DNA of 64,000 nt from Eledone cirrhosa (GCA_964016885.1 OZ024746.1:74090001-74154000); one strand, 5' to 3'. Shown: positions 27,040-42,026, counted from the first letter of the stretch. A program made the numbers and translations. Notes: a model not told the origin generated them from the sequence alone.

Positions 27040-27110
<71 letters not shown>

Positions 27111-27968
27111 TGGGAGACAGAGAGTTTGAGAGAGAGAGAGATAGAGCAAGAGAGAGAGCGAAAGAGAGGGTGAGGGAGTAAAAGTGAGAGCATGTGAGTG
27201 ACGTGTTGGTTTGACTTATGGGTACATGCATACAGATTAAAATCTAATTGTGGTTCTTGGCTGAAGCAGATTTAGAATAATGTTGCAACAAACGACAGAC
27301 AAAAGAAGACACCATATTGTGATGGATTGCAAATTTACATCAGCATTAGAGAGAAGTATCCAGAAAAAAAAACAGAAGATAAAAACTAGAACAAAAAATT
27401 GTAGTATCTAAATAACAATGGTAATGCTGGTGCAGCCTGATAGCAACAGTGTGTATCCAATTGGAATAACTCTATAACTGGATTTTGGCCTGGACAGGGT
27501 GGAGAACAAATCCTGTGAAAATACTACAATACAGACAGAAAGAGACGCAAGAGGCTTGAAAACAAGTGAAAAACGAGAGATAGAGATAACTGAGAGAGAG
27601 AAAGGGGAAAGAGAAAGATAAGAAAGACAAATATAGAGAGAGAAGGAGGAAGAGAGAGGGAAGGAGAGTGAGAAAGGAGCAGAGAATAAAAGAGATAGCA
27701 GGAAAAAAAGAATAAAATCAACTAATAAAAAATAATAACAAACAAACATGTGAATGCTTTGATAAGGTGTGCTAAAATTGTTATTTGGCTATAATGTAAT
27801 TGGTACTATAATAGATATTAGATCAATACCCTACGAGAAAATGTTGCAAACGTTGTCACTTTTTCTTTCTCACACACACTCTCTCTCTATCTCAGACAGA
27901 CTTACACACGCATACAGAGACAGACATACACACACACACACGCATATATATATACATACATACATACA

Positions 27969-28002
<34 letters not shown>

Positions 28003-28072
28003 CATATATATATATAAATATATATATATATACATATTTATATGTATATAAATATTTATACACATACACACA

Positions 28073-28121
<49 letters not shown>

Positions 28122-28580
28122 TTTCGTTTTAATGAACAGGAAAAAAAGTACTCAATATGTTAATGGAGAGTAGTAGTTTGTTACGGTTTATCCGGTAGCA
28201 CAAAAGTCTCTTTCCCCTCTTATCTCCCTAGTCCATCTAACAACAGCTGGCTGGTGTCTTGCTATTCTGTTACGGTGTGCATGCGTGTGTGCTTGTATGC
28301 GGAGGAGGAGACCACCTATCAACTCGTCCTGACTTGGGCCCCCTCTTGCATCGCTATTTTCTTTTTCTATTCTTTTCTGTATGTGTGTGTCTGAGAGCGC
28401 ATGTGTGTATGTGTGGGCAAGTGCAAGAGAATTATTTCCAAGCCATTCTTATTCTTCACCTCCTGTTCACCTCTTCTGACATTGGCAAAAAAACTAGCTG
28501 TGAATGAGTTCAACTATTCGTATGTCCACGTCCAACTGCACGCGCAGACACTCACACACGCACATCATATATATATATAT

Positions 28581-28691
<111 letters not shown>

Positions 28692-28914
28692 TTTTAAACT
28701 GCGTTAATATTGCTTTATGCTGAACTCCATATTTTTGTTGAGTTTTTTCGGAATGTTTTGACTGGTGTTTCTTGTAAACAGATTTTCGTTTCATCCCGGC
28801 ATCACTAGCCTGTGTCCACGTGTGTTTTATTATTTCAATTCAACACACTGTTCACTTGCCTGCTTTTAAATTCCCCTCTGGCATCTTAGCAGTGTGTTTT
28901 GGTTAACGTGCTGA

Positions 28915-28994
28915 GCACTACTGATGAACGATGCCAACCGTGACTAACCCCACTGAAAAGTTTCGTGAAATAGTCTTTTAAGACTATATAATGC
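28915..28994 (+). ncRNA. Type I hammerhead ribozyme with full stem III
   Basis: GCACTA-CTGATGA-ACGA...TCGT-GAAA-TAGTCTT-tt-AAGACTA-TA-TAATGC. Lies in a ~560 bp segment bounded by (TA)n tracts. Confidence 0.78.
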
Positions 28995-29239
28995 ATTTGT
29001 AGATTTCCCCAAATTGACGGTTAAGTTTTTCTTCTTGATTTTATTTTGAGTTAAGATTGTATTGGTTTTTTTCCCCAACTTACATAAAGTGTGAGGATAA
29101 AATTTTTCTTCTTGACTTGTTTTGAATTAAGATTGAATTATTTATCCCAAATCTTACGTTAAACATTTGTAATCTTGATGTTATAGTCACTTATATGTCT
29201 GAATTATTGTCGGCTTTCTGCTTACATTAATTTCTCTAT

Positions 29240-29316
<77 letters not shown>

Positions 29317-29449
29317 TAACAGATTACAGTTTAAGCAAAGAATCGCTACTTTCACCCTTAACGGGATCTTCTCAAACTAACAAAGTCAATCTGTAAACGC
29401 AGAACTGGATATTTCAAAAAACGTTGCAACCGGAGAAGACAGGAAGACG

Positions 29450-29505
<56 letters not shown>

Positions 29506-29749
29506 ATACTTTGGGAGAGTCATGTTGTCAATAAAAATACACGCACCTGTTAGATCTTACTTCAATTTATTATAAACACCCAGTCGGTTAGTTTCATTAC
29601 CGGATAGTCGTTTAGTTGTTGATTGTCATCAAAGCACTCCTTCTTCACACATTCTCAGACCTCCTCAGTGACTACTTTTGTTGTTATTTTGTGTCTCCCC
29701 GTTGTTCTGTCCTCAACCATCTTGTTCTTGTGAGCTGTGTATTTGGGAT

Positions 29750-29795
<46 letters not shown>

Positions 29796-29836
29796 GGAAA
29801 AAATGAAACGATATTATATATATATATATACATACT

Positions 29837-29935
<99 letters not shown>

Positions 29936-29944
29936 ATTTGGAAT

Positions 29945-29988
<44 letters not shown>

Positions 29989-30177
29989 ATATAAATATAT
30001 ATATAATAAACACAATTATGTATATAACTAATATATTTATATATAACTAATATATTTATATATAACTAATATATGTAGCGGAAGAACTCATAAGAGTCAA
30101 CGGCTATCCAAAAATGTGTAAATATGTATATACATATGTACATATGTACATATGTATGTGTATGCGTGTGTATATGC

Positions 30178-30916
30178 CTGGGGTGTCAGGGAGGGGCAAG
30201 TACCTCTGTAGGGGGGCTAGCCATGCCCTTTTCAGCACAGCTCGTCCTGCATTGGGTCCCACCTGACACTCAGCTCTCACCTATGGCCCCAAGAAGCTGT
30301 AGCATGCGACAGCAGCCACACCCCGATAAACCGCATTGGCTGGCGGGCCGAATCAGGTTGAGGGTAGCCAGATGGGTCTGACCCCCCCCCTCCATCCCTC
30401 CGGTGAGTTAGATAGGGGATGCCTGGCCCTGCATGCGAAGACTGGACCCGGCAGAGTGAGTGGAGGAGGACAACATCGTCCCAACGGTCACGAAGGCAGC
30501 GACAGCAAGCGGTGTGGAGCGCTAGGGCACGGTAAGGCACTACAGACGTCGTGGCCATCCAATGCAGCCAAGGAAGTCCCTGGTCGTGACGGTCCTCTGT
30601 GCCACCGGATTCTGGCTTCTGCGGCCGAGTGAGTGGGAACATCACTGTGCACCGGCCCTCCCACTATAAACCTTTCCCGCACAGGTTTCTTCTTTAGCGT
30701 GCACTCCCAAAGCCCTGCAGTGATAGGCAAGAGGCGGAGGTAACAGGTGGAGGTAACCTCTGGGATTTGCCAGTCTGACTCCGGTCTCTTCCCCTGCCTC
30801 CACTGTCCCCGGACCTGCAAGTCAAGGATTGGCCTCCACAGTCACCTTCGTGCCCACGGCAGACGGGAACGACAATAAAAAAGATATCATCATCGTTTAC
30901 GATGGACAACCAACAA
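30178..30916 (+). mobile_element. Internally deleted RTE (BovB-like) non-autonomous element
   Basis: GC-rich RTE-type 5' UTR (CAGCTCTCACCTATGGCCCCAAGAAGCTGTAGCATGCGACAGCAGCCACACCCCG) joined at ~30730 to the ORF terminus FPCLHCPRTCKSRIGLHSHLRAHGRRERQ*. Ends with a CATCGTTTACGATG hairpin and an ACAACCAACAA tail. Confidence 0.72.
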
Positions 30917-31275
30917 TATATGTATTTACACATACACATATAAAATCATATAAGACAGAGAATATCATCAACTTTGTCCAATAAGGTTTTCCGCTACATT
31001 ATATAAAGCCAACTTTCAGCTATCTCATGAACCTGGTCGCATAAATACTATCAGTCGGATAACGTTGAGGGGTGTCATGTAAATTATACTAAACTGTCTC
31101 AGAATTTTTGTACACTACGAAAACACAATCATATATATAAACATATAAGAAGACTTTGGTATATCACATTTTACATTTTCAAGCCGTTGCAGTGTATTAA
31201 TAATGCTTTAAACTGCCTACAACTAATTCAGTATCGAATATCAGCTCAATATCTTTTCATATATGAAACACACAC

Positions 31276-31424
<149 letters not shown>

Positions 31425-32057
31425 AACATACGTATATATATATATAAACATACGTATATATATAAAGGGAGATGAAGTGTATAAAGCATCTGATCTTGTT
31501 AGAATTAGATCATGTTGGCATCTTTTGTAATTTTCCCCTCTTAATATTCATTTGTTAAATCTGATGGTAGGAGGTTGTGTGTGAGACTTTCGTGGAACTT
31601 CATTAAATTTGTACGATGATAAAGAGGATTAAATTTATTTGTCAGAGTTCAAGTTTATTTAGCATTTTTGCAGTTTATTTAGCAGCTACGAAAAATATAT
31701 TATGAATAATATAGGAAAGACAGAAATTGATGTATGCAAAAGCATTCTCTGGTATCTTTTTCTATAAATGTGTATCTAAAACTAGATTTCCCAATATAAA
31801 CGTTTTGGGGAAATTCATCTCTATTTCTAGCCTGCATTGCCAACATACGTCTACTCTTTCATTGGCTCGCAAATATATTATAAGATATTATAAAATATTT
31901 GTTTCATTATGCCGTTGGAGAATTACACATGTAGTTCCGTTTATCAGTTAATGCAGCTGTTATATTAGGAATCAATATCAGATCTTTTGCGCTTATCACC
32001 TGAGATAAACATGAATCCAGTCCAGACAGATTAACCTCTAGTCCATCTAATGGGTCA

Positions 32058-32281
<224 letters not shown>

Positions 32282-33717
32282 TTGTGGATTTATACATTCG
32301 TGTCTAGCATTTGTTCGACATTGCCTTTTACAAAATAAAACATTTGCTCTCGTAAACAGAGTCTATGTATAAACGCAAATACTGTTTATATGTTTATTTT
32401 AATCTTATACTCCTATTCTTTGTTTAGAGATATGTTTCTGCCAGCAATTCTTATCATACATACATTTAAGCATGTACCCCACTTACATCTTCCACTTTAG
32501 ATAACTTTTATCACGTTCGTCACTGTCCTATCAGGATTGTCTCGGTAATACATGTATTATCCGTTAAAATAATTAGAAACGAGTAATTATATATAAGTGC
32601 TATGTGGTAGAGGCCGTGGCGTAACTAATCCTTATCTGTTAACCGAACCGACGACCAGGTTTCGATTTCTACTGAAATACCGCATTTACTAATATCAAGG
32701 AAACTTCTCGTAATACACAATTAACTGTAATACTGCTGTTTCCTTAATATATAATCCAGGAAGTGTGGCCGTTCTACATTCTACAAATATCATCTGTATT
32801 TCCTTCAAATCATTACCTACTCTATGGAATGGATAACTTTGATTATATAGTCTTACACAACCTAAAATATTCATAGGTCTAACGCCATACAAATATAATT
32901 TATCTTTATAAGGAGCATGATAAGAACTGAACATATGAGATATTGAATTAAACGGTGGAAGTCATGTTGGTCCTACATCGTTAGAACCAATACCCCTGAC
33001 GTAAATTTGATGATAATAAAAATCATGATATGATTTAAAAATAGAGATAAATACATAACCATTGTCTTCAAAATATCTCAGCATATTGAAAATTGTATTA
33101 TTAGACACTTGCACACATCATCATCAACCTGGCGAAATCCCAATGAGCAAAGGATATTTAGAGATTACATGTAATGAATCAAATTCAAGGCAGACACCAG
33201 TGATCACTTACAGCTATTGTAATCATAGCAAAGCAATTGGTAAAGAGAGATCAGTTCGCAGTAACCCTCTCTATCCCTTGAACCTAGAACAGACTAATAT
33301 GAGAGATAACCTGGCTTGTAGAGTTCGTAAAGTATCAGGACATTTAAGACTATTATTATAAAGCAGCTATATTAAATTTCTTCATTATTTCTCGAATCAT
33401 TCAAACAACAAATGGATTGAGAATCTGAAACTTGTTTGTGAGATTAGAAATAATTTTGAAATACTGATAGTCTCTGTCATGTGTCACAACAGGAACACTT
33501 GTACTATGAGCCGCAATTAAAGATTATTCAAGAATTTTATAAGTCGAATGTGAATAAAAAATGGGGTTGCACCAAAGACAACTGTAAAAAAAAAAAATGG
33601 GAAAACAAACAGCCCCTTCTTTTTAGTCTACCTGTAGAAATCATTATAGGTTCGGATCTTTCAAGTTGATACTATTCATTCCAGGGTACTTGGGAATGCT
33701 AAACACAGGGTAATGTG

Positions 33718-35342
33718 CCTAAACTTAACCTAAACCTAGCCTAGCCTAAACCTAGTGTAGCCTAGCCTAAACCTAGCCTAGCCTAGCCTAGCCTAGCCTA
33801 GCCTAGCCTAGCCTAGCCTAGCCTAGCCTAGCCTAGCCTAGCCTAGCCTAGCCTAAACCTAGCCTAACCTAGCCTAGCCTAGCCTAAACCTAGCCTAGCC
33901 TAGCCTAAACCTAGCCTAGCCTAGCCAAAACCTAGTCTAGCCTAGCTTAGCCTAAACCTTGCCTAACTTAGCCTAGCCTAGCCTACTGAAACAATTTTTT
34001 TTCATTTTTCTAGGCTGGAAAAATGAATAAAATGAAAAAAAATGAAAAAAATTTGAAAAACATTTTTCTTTTCATGGCTAGCCTAGCCTAGCCTAAACCT
34101 AGCCTAACCTACCCTAAACCTAGCCTAGCCTAGCCTAAACCTAGCCTAGCCTAGCATAAACCTAGCCTAGCCTAGCCTAGCCTAAACCTAGCCTAAACTT
34201 AGCCTAAACCTAGCCTAGCCTACCCTAAACCTAGTCTAGCCTACCCTAAACCTAGCCTAGCCTAGCCTAGCCTATCCTAGCCTATCCTAGCCTATCCTAG
34301 CCTAGCCTATACCTAGCCTAACCTAGCCTAGCCTAAACCTAGCCTAGCCTAGCCTAAACCTAGCCTAGCCTAAACCTAGCCTATCCTAGCCAAAACCTAG
34401 TGAAAACATTTAAAAAAATTTTTCTAGGCTGGAAAAATGAAAAAAATGAAAAAAATGAAAAAAAATGAAAAAAAATGAAAAAAAATGAAAAAAAATGAAA
34501 AAAAATGAAAAAAAATGAAAAAAAATGAAAAAAAAAAAATTTTTTCTCGAGGCTGGAAATATGAAAGAAAATATGAAAAAGTTTTTTCATTTTTCAAGGC
34601 AGGAAAATTGAAAAAAATGAAAAACGTTTTTTTTTTCATGGCTAGCCTAGCCTAGCCTAGCCTAAACCTAGCCTAACCTACCCTAAACCTAGCCTAGCCT
34701 AGCCTAAACCTAGCCTAGCCTAACCTAGCCTAGCTGGCCTAGCCAAGCCTAGCCTAAACCTAGCCTAAACTTAGCCTAAACCTAGCCTAGCCTAGCCTAA
34801 ACCTATTCTAGCCTACCTAAACCTAGCCTAGCCTAGCCTAGCCTATCCTAGCCTAGCCTAGCCTACCCTAGCCTAGCCTATACCTAGCCTAACCTAGCCT
34901 AGCCTAGCCTAGCCTAAACCTTGCCTTGCCTAGCCAAAACCTAGTCTTGCCTAGCCAAAACCTAGTCTAGCCTAGCTTAGCCTAAACCTTGCCTAGCCTA
35001 GCCTAGCCTAACCTAGCCTAGCCTAGCCTAGCCTACTGAAATTTTCTAGGCTGGAAAAATGAAAAAAAAATGAAAAAAATGAAAAAAAAAAAATTTTTCT
35101 CGAGGCTGGAAAAATGAAAAAAAATCTGAAAAAAGTTTTTTCATTTTTCAAGGCAGGAAAATTGAAAAAATTGAAAAAAAAAATGTTTTAATGGCTAGCC
35201 TAGCCTAGCCTAAACCTAGCCTAGCCTAACCTAGCCTAGCCTAAACCTAGCCTAATCTAGCCTACCCTAGCCTAAACCTAGCCTAGCCTAGCCTAAACCT
35301 AGTCTAGCCTAGCCTAAATCTTGCCTAGCCTAGCCTAGTCTA
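33718..35342 (+). repeat. (CCTAG/CCTAAA)n satellite with ~555-565 bp higher-order period and (GAAAAAAAT)n spacers
   Basis: Arrays at ~33718-33985, 34077-34400, 34641-35035 and 35194-35342. They alternate with AGGCTGGAAAAATGAAAAAAAT blocks, and each array restarts at ATGGCTAGCCTAG. Confidence 0.95.
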
Positions 35343-35816
35343 ATGAAAAAAAATTTTTTTCATTTTTTGAGGCTGTAAAAGTAAAAAAAATGAAAAAAAT
35401 ATTCTTCGTTTTTGGAGGCTGGAAAAATGAAAAAAATTAAATAAATTTTTTTTTTCGAGGCTGGAAAATTCAACTTTCTAATGGCCTAGGGCCCGCATTA
35501 GGTGAAAAACTTCATTTTTTCAGCTATTTAGGGCTTTTTGGAGGCGTTACATCTAGCCGATTTTCCCGAAATTTCAAGACATATTATGCACATAAAAAAA
35601 AAAATCAATTTCTTCATTCCTTAGAGCCCGCATTAGGTGAAAACCTGCATTTTTCCTGCTTTATCGAGGAAAATCTTAAAGATTATCCAGCCATCAGAGT
35701 ATTTGGTTTATTTTCTTTACATATTGTCCAGGCATGCAGTTTTTCCACGATTAGGTCTGTTGGCGGCCCGCGTTCCAAAATACCTTATCCCGTGCAACGC
35801 CGGGTACCACTGCTAG
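33718..35816 (+). mobile_element. Probable non-autonomous Helitron: 3' terminus clear, 5' end not identified
   Basis: GC hairpin CCCGTGCAACGCCGGG (35789-35804), then 8 nt, then CTAG (35813-35816) followed by T. This is the canonical Helitron 3' end. Confidence 0.65.
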
Positions 35817-36063
35817 TGTTGAATAAAATCATAATTAACTGAACCTCCTGTATTTTCTTTTACCCAAAGCCAGGAACTTTTCAGCACCCCTCGTTGCCGA
35901 AATTCATCTCCTTGTCCGTTGACCCTGGAGTTCTGTATTTTACGTTTGTATTTTTATTTTAAAACGAAATAATTTTTTAAGGTTTCCCTTTTAAAACATT
36001 GTTTTTCGTTTTGCCTTGTTTTCGTTCGTTGTCTTATCCTCTCTTTGTTATTTTCCATATACA

Positions 36064-36111
<48 letters not shown>

Positions 36112-36150
36112 TACGATATACATATATGTATATATGTATATATGTATATA

Positions 36151-36201
<51 letters not shown>

Positions 36202-36591
36202 GTATGTGTGTGTATGTGTGTGTTGGATGTGCGTGTGTTTTTATACATTGTATGTGTTTATATATCTGTACTTACTTACATATGGTGGAATAAAGACAAA
36301 CACTAGCAATAAATATAAGGACAAATGTTACAATAGTGATGTAAGTGATAAAGTTAACTTAAGTCTAGAAAATGGAAGAAAGGAGGACAAAGTGAAAGAA
36401 AGACACAAGAAGACTATGATAAAAAAAGTAAGTGAACCGATTTTAAGACACATTATGGGAGTGGAGTTGGGAACGAATGGCCAGTGTAAAGTAATGAGGG
36501 GAGATACAGAGTGAGATTGAATGAGAGAGAGGAAGAGAGTGAGATATATTAGATATATACATAAATATATATACATATGCACATATGTATG

Positions 36592-36791
36592 NNNNNNNNN
36601 NNNNNNNNNNNNNNNNNNNNNNNNNNNNNNNNNNNNNNNNNNNNNNNNNNNNNNNNNNNNNNNNNNNNNNNNNNNNNNNNNNNNNNNNNNNNNNNNNNNN
36701 NNNNNNNNNNNNNNNNNNNNNNNNNNNNNNNNNNNNNNNNNNNNNNNNNNNNNNNNNNNNNNNNNNNNNNNNNNNNNNNNNNNNNNNNNNN
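36592..36791. other. Assembly gap (200 N)
   Basis: Run of N. Contiguity across it is not guaranteed. Confidence 1.
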
Positions 36792-38606
36792 ACAATGAGC
36801 ACTTTTTTAAGTTAGGGATAAATACAGTTGCTCGCATCTTCCTCCTCTTTCTCCCAATTATCATCATCATCCACAGGTAAATATTGAATCGTGAGATTGA
36901 GAATGACTATATAATTTAATGAGAAAATTATTTACAGAATAAAACAATTAATATTTAACACTAAATTCAGGAAAAGTTAAATGAATAAGTGGAAGTTGAT
37001 AGATAAATGAAGAAATAAATGTGTTAATGAATAGTTCTAAGTTTAGGGATTATTTTTATCGGCAGCATCATTACAGTCAGCATCATCACTAATAACTAGT
37101 AAGAATTATTGGACCATTAGATCAGATTCAACTACGAGATTTAAACTAAATATGCCATAGGTTAAGGAATTGATAACAGTTAACAGATAAAGCCTAACTA
37201 CTAACATCGTTCTCATAATCTTGTGGATAATTGTTGGTACATTACATAGGAAAGAACTGCAAGGAAATTGAAAGTTCAAGACAAAAGAACAAATGTTTAA
37301 TCTTATTATCTAGTTAAACTAAATGATTTGAAATGTTAATTAAAAAAAAAGGAATTTGATATGAATTTAAAGTTTTAATGTTTGTTTTATGTACGCACCG
37401 ACATCTTGTATTAAATGTAAAAAAATGTAAACCAAAAAATTAGAATTTAACTTGTTTAGAATTTAGAAAATATTAAAAAATTATAACTCGTCTATTAATC
37501 AACAATGAAGAATTAAAAAAAAAGTAATGCTGAATAGAACAAGACATCTATGTAAAACGATGCCAACATAATGATGACAGGAATAAAAGCAACAGAAACA
37601 AAAATGATTGAACCATTACATCATTTCGTTATTAAATCAGGGTAACAGAAGCGGAATGAATTATAATTCATTTGAAAATTTTAGATTTTTAATGTATGTC
37701 ACTTAGTGCTATACAGGAACAAATATAAACAGTATATAAGATGTTAATGGTGATAAAACAACATTGCTGGCATTAATAATATATAAAAGTGGTAAGTTGC
37801 GTAGAAAGGTTACGAACAGGTTAATTGCTAAACACTAAAGCATGAACATATGCTTGAAGAATAAAAACTATTTCCACTGCAGACATCGATATTATTCTTT
37901 GTACAAGGGAAACACTGATCTTCTAAGACGTTCCTGTCATAGCTATCTTATCTTAAGTATATGTCTTACCTCTTCCTAACGATATTAAAAATTGGTTATA
38001 ATATTAACCTAGCCGCTGATTAAACAAGTTATTTATTTTGAAAAATTATTTAATTTTCGAAAGAATTAAATTAAAATGTATATAATTCGTTTATAATCGG
38101 TTGCATCATTTAACATTATGTGACGTACTTTTGTAACCCCACCCCACCCCCATAAATATGTTACATTTAAATCACATAATTATTCTATTTTAATGTTTCA
38201 CATTTGTAACATTTTAAATATTTTAATCGTTTCGTAATATTCACTAGAGATAACCAGTCTTGATTTGATTTGTATTACAATATATTAAAAAAAAAAAAAA
38301 AATTGGTGTTCTTTCCTATCTAATGCACATTCAATTATCTACTGAATTCTGATGAAGTTAGTTAATACTTAAATTTTATTTGTTAGCTGTTATCAATTTC
38401 GTACCCTATGACTTATTAATCTAAATCCTGTATTTATTTCTGATCTAATAGTATTCTGACTCACTGTAGGAAGAAAGAGTCGGTCATTACTAAACTGTGA
38501 AATAATCATTTATTTATTCATTTATTTATTAAAATCCTTCCACAATTATATTAAGTGTTCTTATTCTGATCCAAGCGTTTTATATTATTATTATTTTTTT
38601 TACTAG

Positions 38607-39031
38607 AACCCGCGGGGAGTTATATATTTATCATCATCATCAAATAGTAGGATATATTGAACCGAGTGAAAGGAATATATGTATAGGATAGTAATTAAAC
38701 GAAGTAAAACAAATAATTGTTTCTACTTTAGGCACAAGGCCAGCAATTACCCAGTGCATTACTGGTACTTTATTTTATCGACCCCGTAAGGATGAAAGGC
38801 AAAGTCAACCTCGGCGGGATCTGAGTTCAAATCCCGCCGAGGTTGATTTTGCCTTTCATCCTTACGGGATCGATAAAATAAAGTACCAGTACCACTGGGT
38901 AATTGCTGGCCTTGTGCCTAAAGTAGAAACAATTATTTGTTTTACTTCGTTTAATTACATATATTCCTTTCACTCGGTTCAATATATCCTACTATTTGAT
39001 GATGATGATAAATATATAACTCCCCGCGGGT
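38607..39031. repeat. ~210 bp-arm palindrome: 3' half of the SINE plus ~105 bp of its downstream flank
   Basis: 38607-38820 is the reverse complement of 38831-39031, apart from a ~10 bp indel and a few mismatches. The turn falls at the SINE box B (CTGAGTTCAAATCCC). Confidence 0.9.
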
Positions 39032-39975
39032 TATAGCAAGGCTAAGGTGCAGGAACAAGTGAGAACTTTTGCTAGGACCGGTCGACAAGAACCACTTTGG
39101 CAGCGACCGAACTCCGCCGAAGTCTTGATCACCCGAGTCAGAGTCAGTAGTTTGCAGATATTTCTTATTGTTTTGAATTTCATTCCGTTCGGCCACGAAT
39201 ACAATGGTTCTCACCGTCACCACAGTATCAAGATGTGAAAGGGAACAAACGAGTGGCGAACGTTTGCGTCTCAAATGAAGCTTCTAAACCAAGGGCAAAA
39301 TGTTAGACTATCTGACCTTTTCTCGTGAACTCTGGAGAATTTGAAGCTTCAGAATGGAAGGAATACTGACTCGAGTAAGGGTCGCTTGATTATTAGATCC
39401 AACTCGGTATGATGAGTGAAGCAGCCCGTATGTAGAGGACATGTCAATCCATATGGACACATGGATTCAAGAGGCTTGTCGCATCAGTATTTAAATCACC
39501 CACATCGGCTTCGTTTCTGGATGCGTTGGCGATTCGGAGCTGATAGAAACTGAGGAGACTACCGGTTTTTCATGGACAAAACATCAATCCAATTCCAGAG
39601 AATTTTACACTCGTAGAAACTAAGCGGCACCTTCTCATATCAACTTCCACGTATTTACTTTATTTATTTACATACATGCATTTTTGCTGTTAACCTTTAT
39701 CTCCCTCCTCCTTCTTCACCTATTCTTGATCTTGAAAATCTGTCCCGATTAAATGACATTCAAATATCTCTATCTTTATCATCCAGACAATACTGTCGCG
39801 TCACGTTCGTTCTCTGTCTCTACATAGACGCCAACAATATGTCACCCCCTCCCCTCATCCTCATGCCCCAATGTGTCAATTCCCATTTTTACTCCTTCCC
39901 CCGTAATTCAGCTGTTACCGACTAGCCAAATGAAAGCCCACTCCCACAATTGACCAGAGCCCAACCCTATCCATG

Positions 39976-40009
<34 letters not shown>

Positions 40010-40527
40010 AATTAATAAAAATAATGAATAAAAACAAAGAAACAGTTCCTTATATTAAAAAATTCATCATTTTACGATCGTTTCTAGGATATATATGTGT
40101 GTGTTGGTATGTATATCATATAGATCTATGTAACATTTTTACAAACTATCAGAGGGAATATACATACCTACACATATATATGCTGTCTTTGTTTCTATTC
40201 ATTATTTTGATTAATTTATCTTGACTCTGTTTTCCTGTGTTTTTCATCGAAACAATTTTGAATACATCTTCTCTTTTCATGATATTTGGATTACATTGAG
40301 TTCTTCATACGGATTGGACACTACCGTAGATTTATCTACATATATATATATATATATGTATGTATAGCATCCCGATGCAAATCGGGAGGTGACCACTGTC
40401 AGAATAGGTACTCAATACGTTAGTAGAGCATTGGTATATTCATTTTATTATAGAAATTACTTCTATAGGACTAGAATTGTTTCATTCGTGTGCATATGTG
40501 TGTGTGATAGAGAGAGAAAGAGTGAGT

Positions 40528-40626
<99 letters not shown>

Positions 40627-41019
40627 AAGAATTTCCTTTCCCTTAACCTAATACATTCAAACGCTTCCTAAATGGATAGAAACAGGACTAGTCACGTAAG
40701 CATTTTGTGGTACTTGTGCGTCGACGGGAAGCATGTATCCAGTGCCCTAAAGCATGAGCGGGCCAAGCTGGTCTGCAGAGTATGATGGATCATACCATGT
40801 TATTTTTCTAAGCCTTGTCCTATGTGAGTGGGTTGCGTACGCACCAGGCCTTCGAGGAGTTGTTGGGGTCCCACGGCCTGTAATCCGGTTTTCCAAAGGA
40901 CAAGCTACCCCCAAGGATACGTGCCTATTATTTCTATTTCCACCCCTCTAAAGGGTAAATATATGTCTGTGTATCTGTGTACGTATATACGTATGAGTAT
41001 ATATGTGCTTGTGTGTGTA

Positions 41020-41088
<69 letters not shown>

Positions 41089-41149
41089 ACAATAGATATG
41101 TTTATATATGAATGTATGTGTATGTAGAGATATATGTGTGTGTGTGTGC

Positions 41150-41213
<64 letters not shown>

Positions 41214-41799
41214 GTGTATGTGTGTAGGTACGTAGATGTGCTTGCGTTGGTGAACTAAATATTTACAATATGGATAATAATTTTTAACACCTACAGTTAT
41301 AATTTTAACATCTCTTACTACCAGGATTCTTAATATTGCTAAGCATTCACATTCCCAGATTAACCCATATCTGGTTACATACAGGAATTTTTCACTAGCA
41401 ACTACAATACTACCGCATAATGAATGGTATTAGTTGACCTGTTTACACTACTGCCTCTAAAGTCAATTAGGTTACCTAAACCAGAACACCCCTATTTTCT
41501 AGGTATATACAGTTATTGTAGCTGGTTATTAAAAACAACCCTAGCAGCTTGACCTGTTTCAAGGATAACTGAGCTAAGAAATTCAATAGACTTGGTACTG
41601 GAGTGTTAAGATAGAATCTGACCAATGAGAGGAAGTTATATCTTTCGGATGTTTGAATTCGTTAATTCTTATTCATATGTCACCAGTTCTTTGAAAAAAC
41701 AACACCACACTTAGGAACTGGGCATATCAAAGAACCGAAATAACGGAGATAAATTTTGTTCCACCATTATGTATTTCTGTTTTTTCTGTTCAAGTTCTA

Positions 41800-41858
41800 G
41801 CTGCCTGATGAGGTCATAGCTGTTAAATAAAGATTATCACCTAAATTTATATTGCAGC
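41800..41858 (+). ncRNA. Decayed hammerhead ribozyme, relative of 63290-63345
   Basis: GCTGC-CTGATGA-GGTCATAGC...ATCACC-TAAA (GAAA mutated)-TTTATA-TT-GCAGC. Confidence 0.5.
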
Positions 41859-42026
41859 GAATATGAATGAACGAAGTTAATTCTAACCTGTTGACTTACA
41901 CTTCATGTTTTTAAATTTCTCCGGAGTAAACAGACACACCTGCGCACTTCGTTGAGTGCTCTAACCTGCATACTGAAGTATCAGTAAACAAACAACACAT
42001 ACTCAAATATATATATATATATATAT

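Noticed and set aside
33050-33700. Possible second RLE-type LINE remnant (VEIIIGS)
   Set aside because: Too degraded to support without a profile search.
33718-35342. True or interstitial telomere
   Set aside because: The dominant unit is CCTAG rather than CCCTAA, it has complex spacers, and a Helitron-type end lies downstream.
36328-36880. ORFs spanning X runs
   Set aside because: Artefacts of the 200 N assembly gap.
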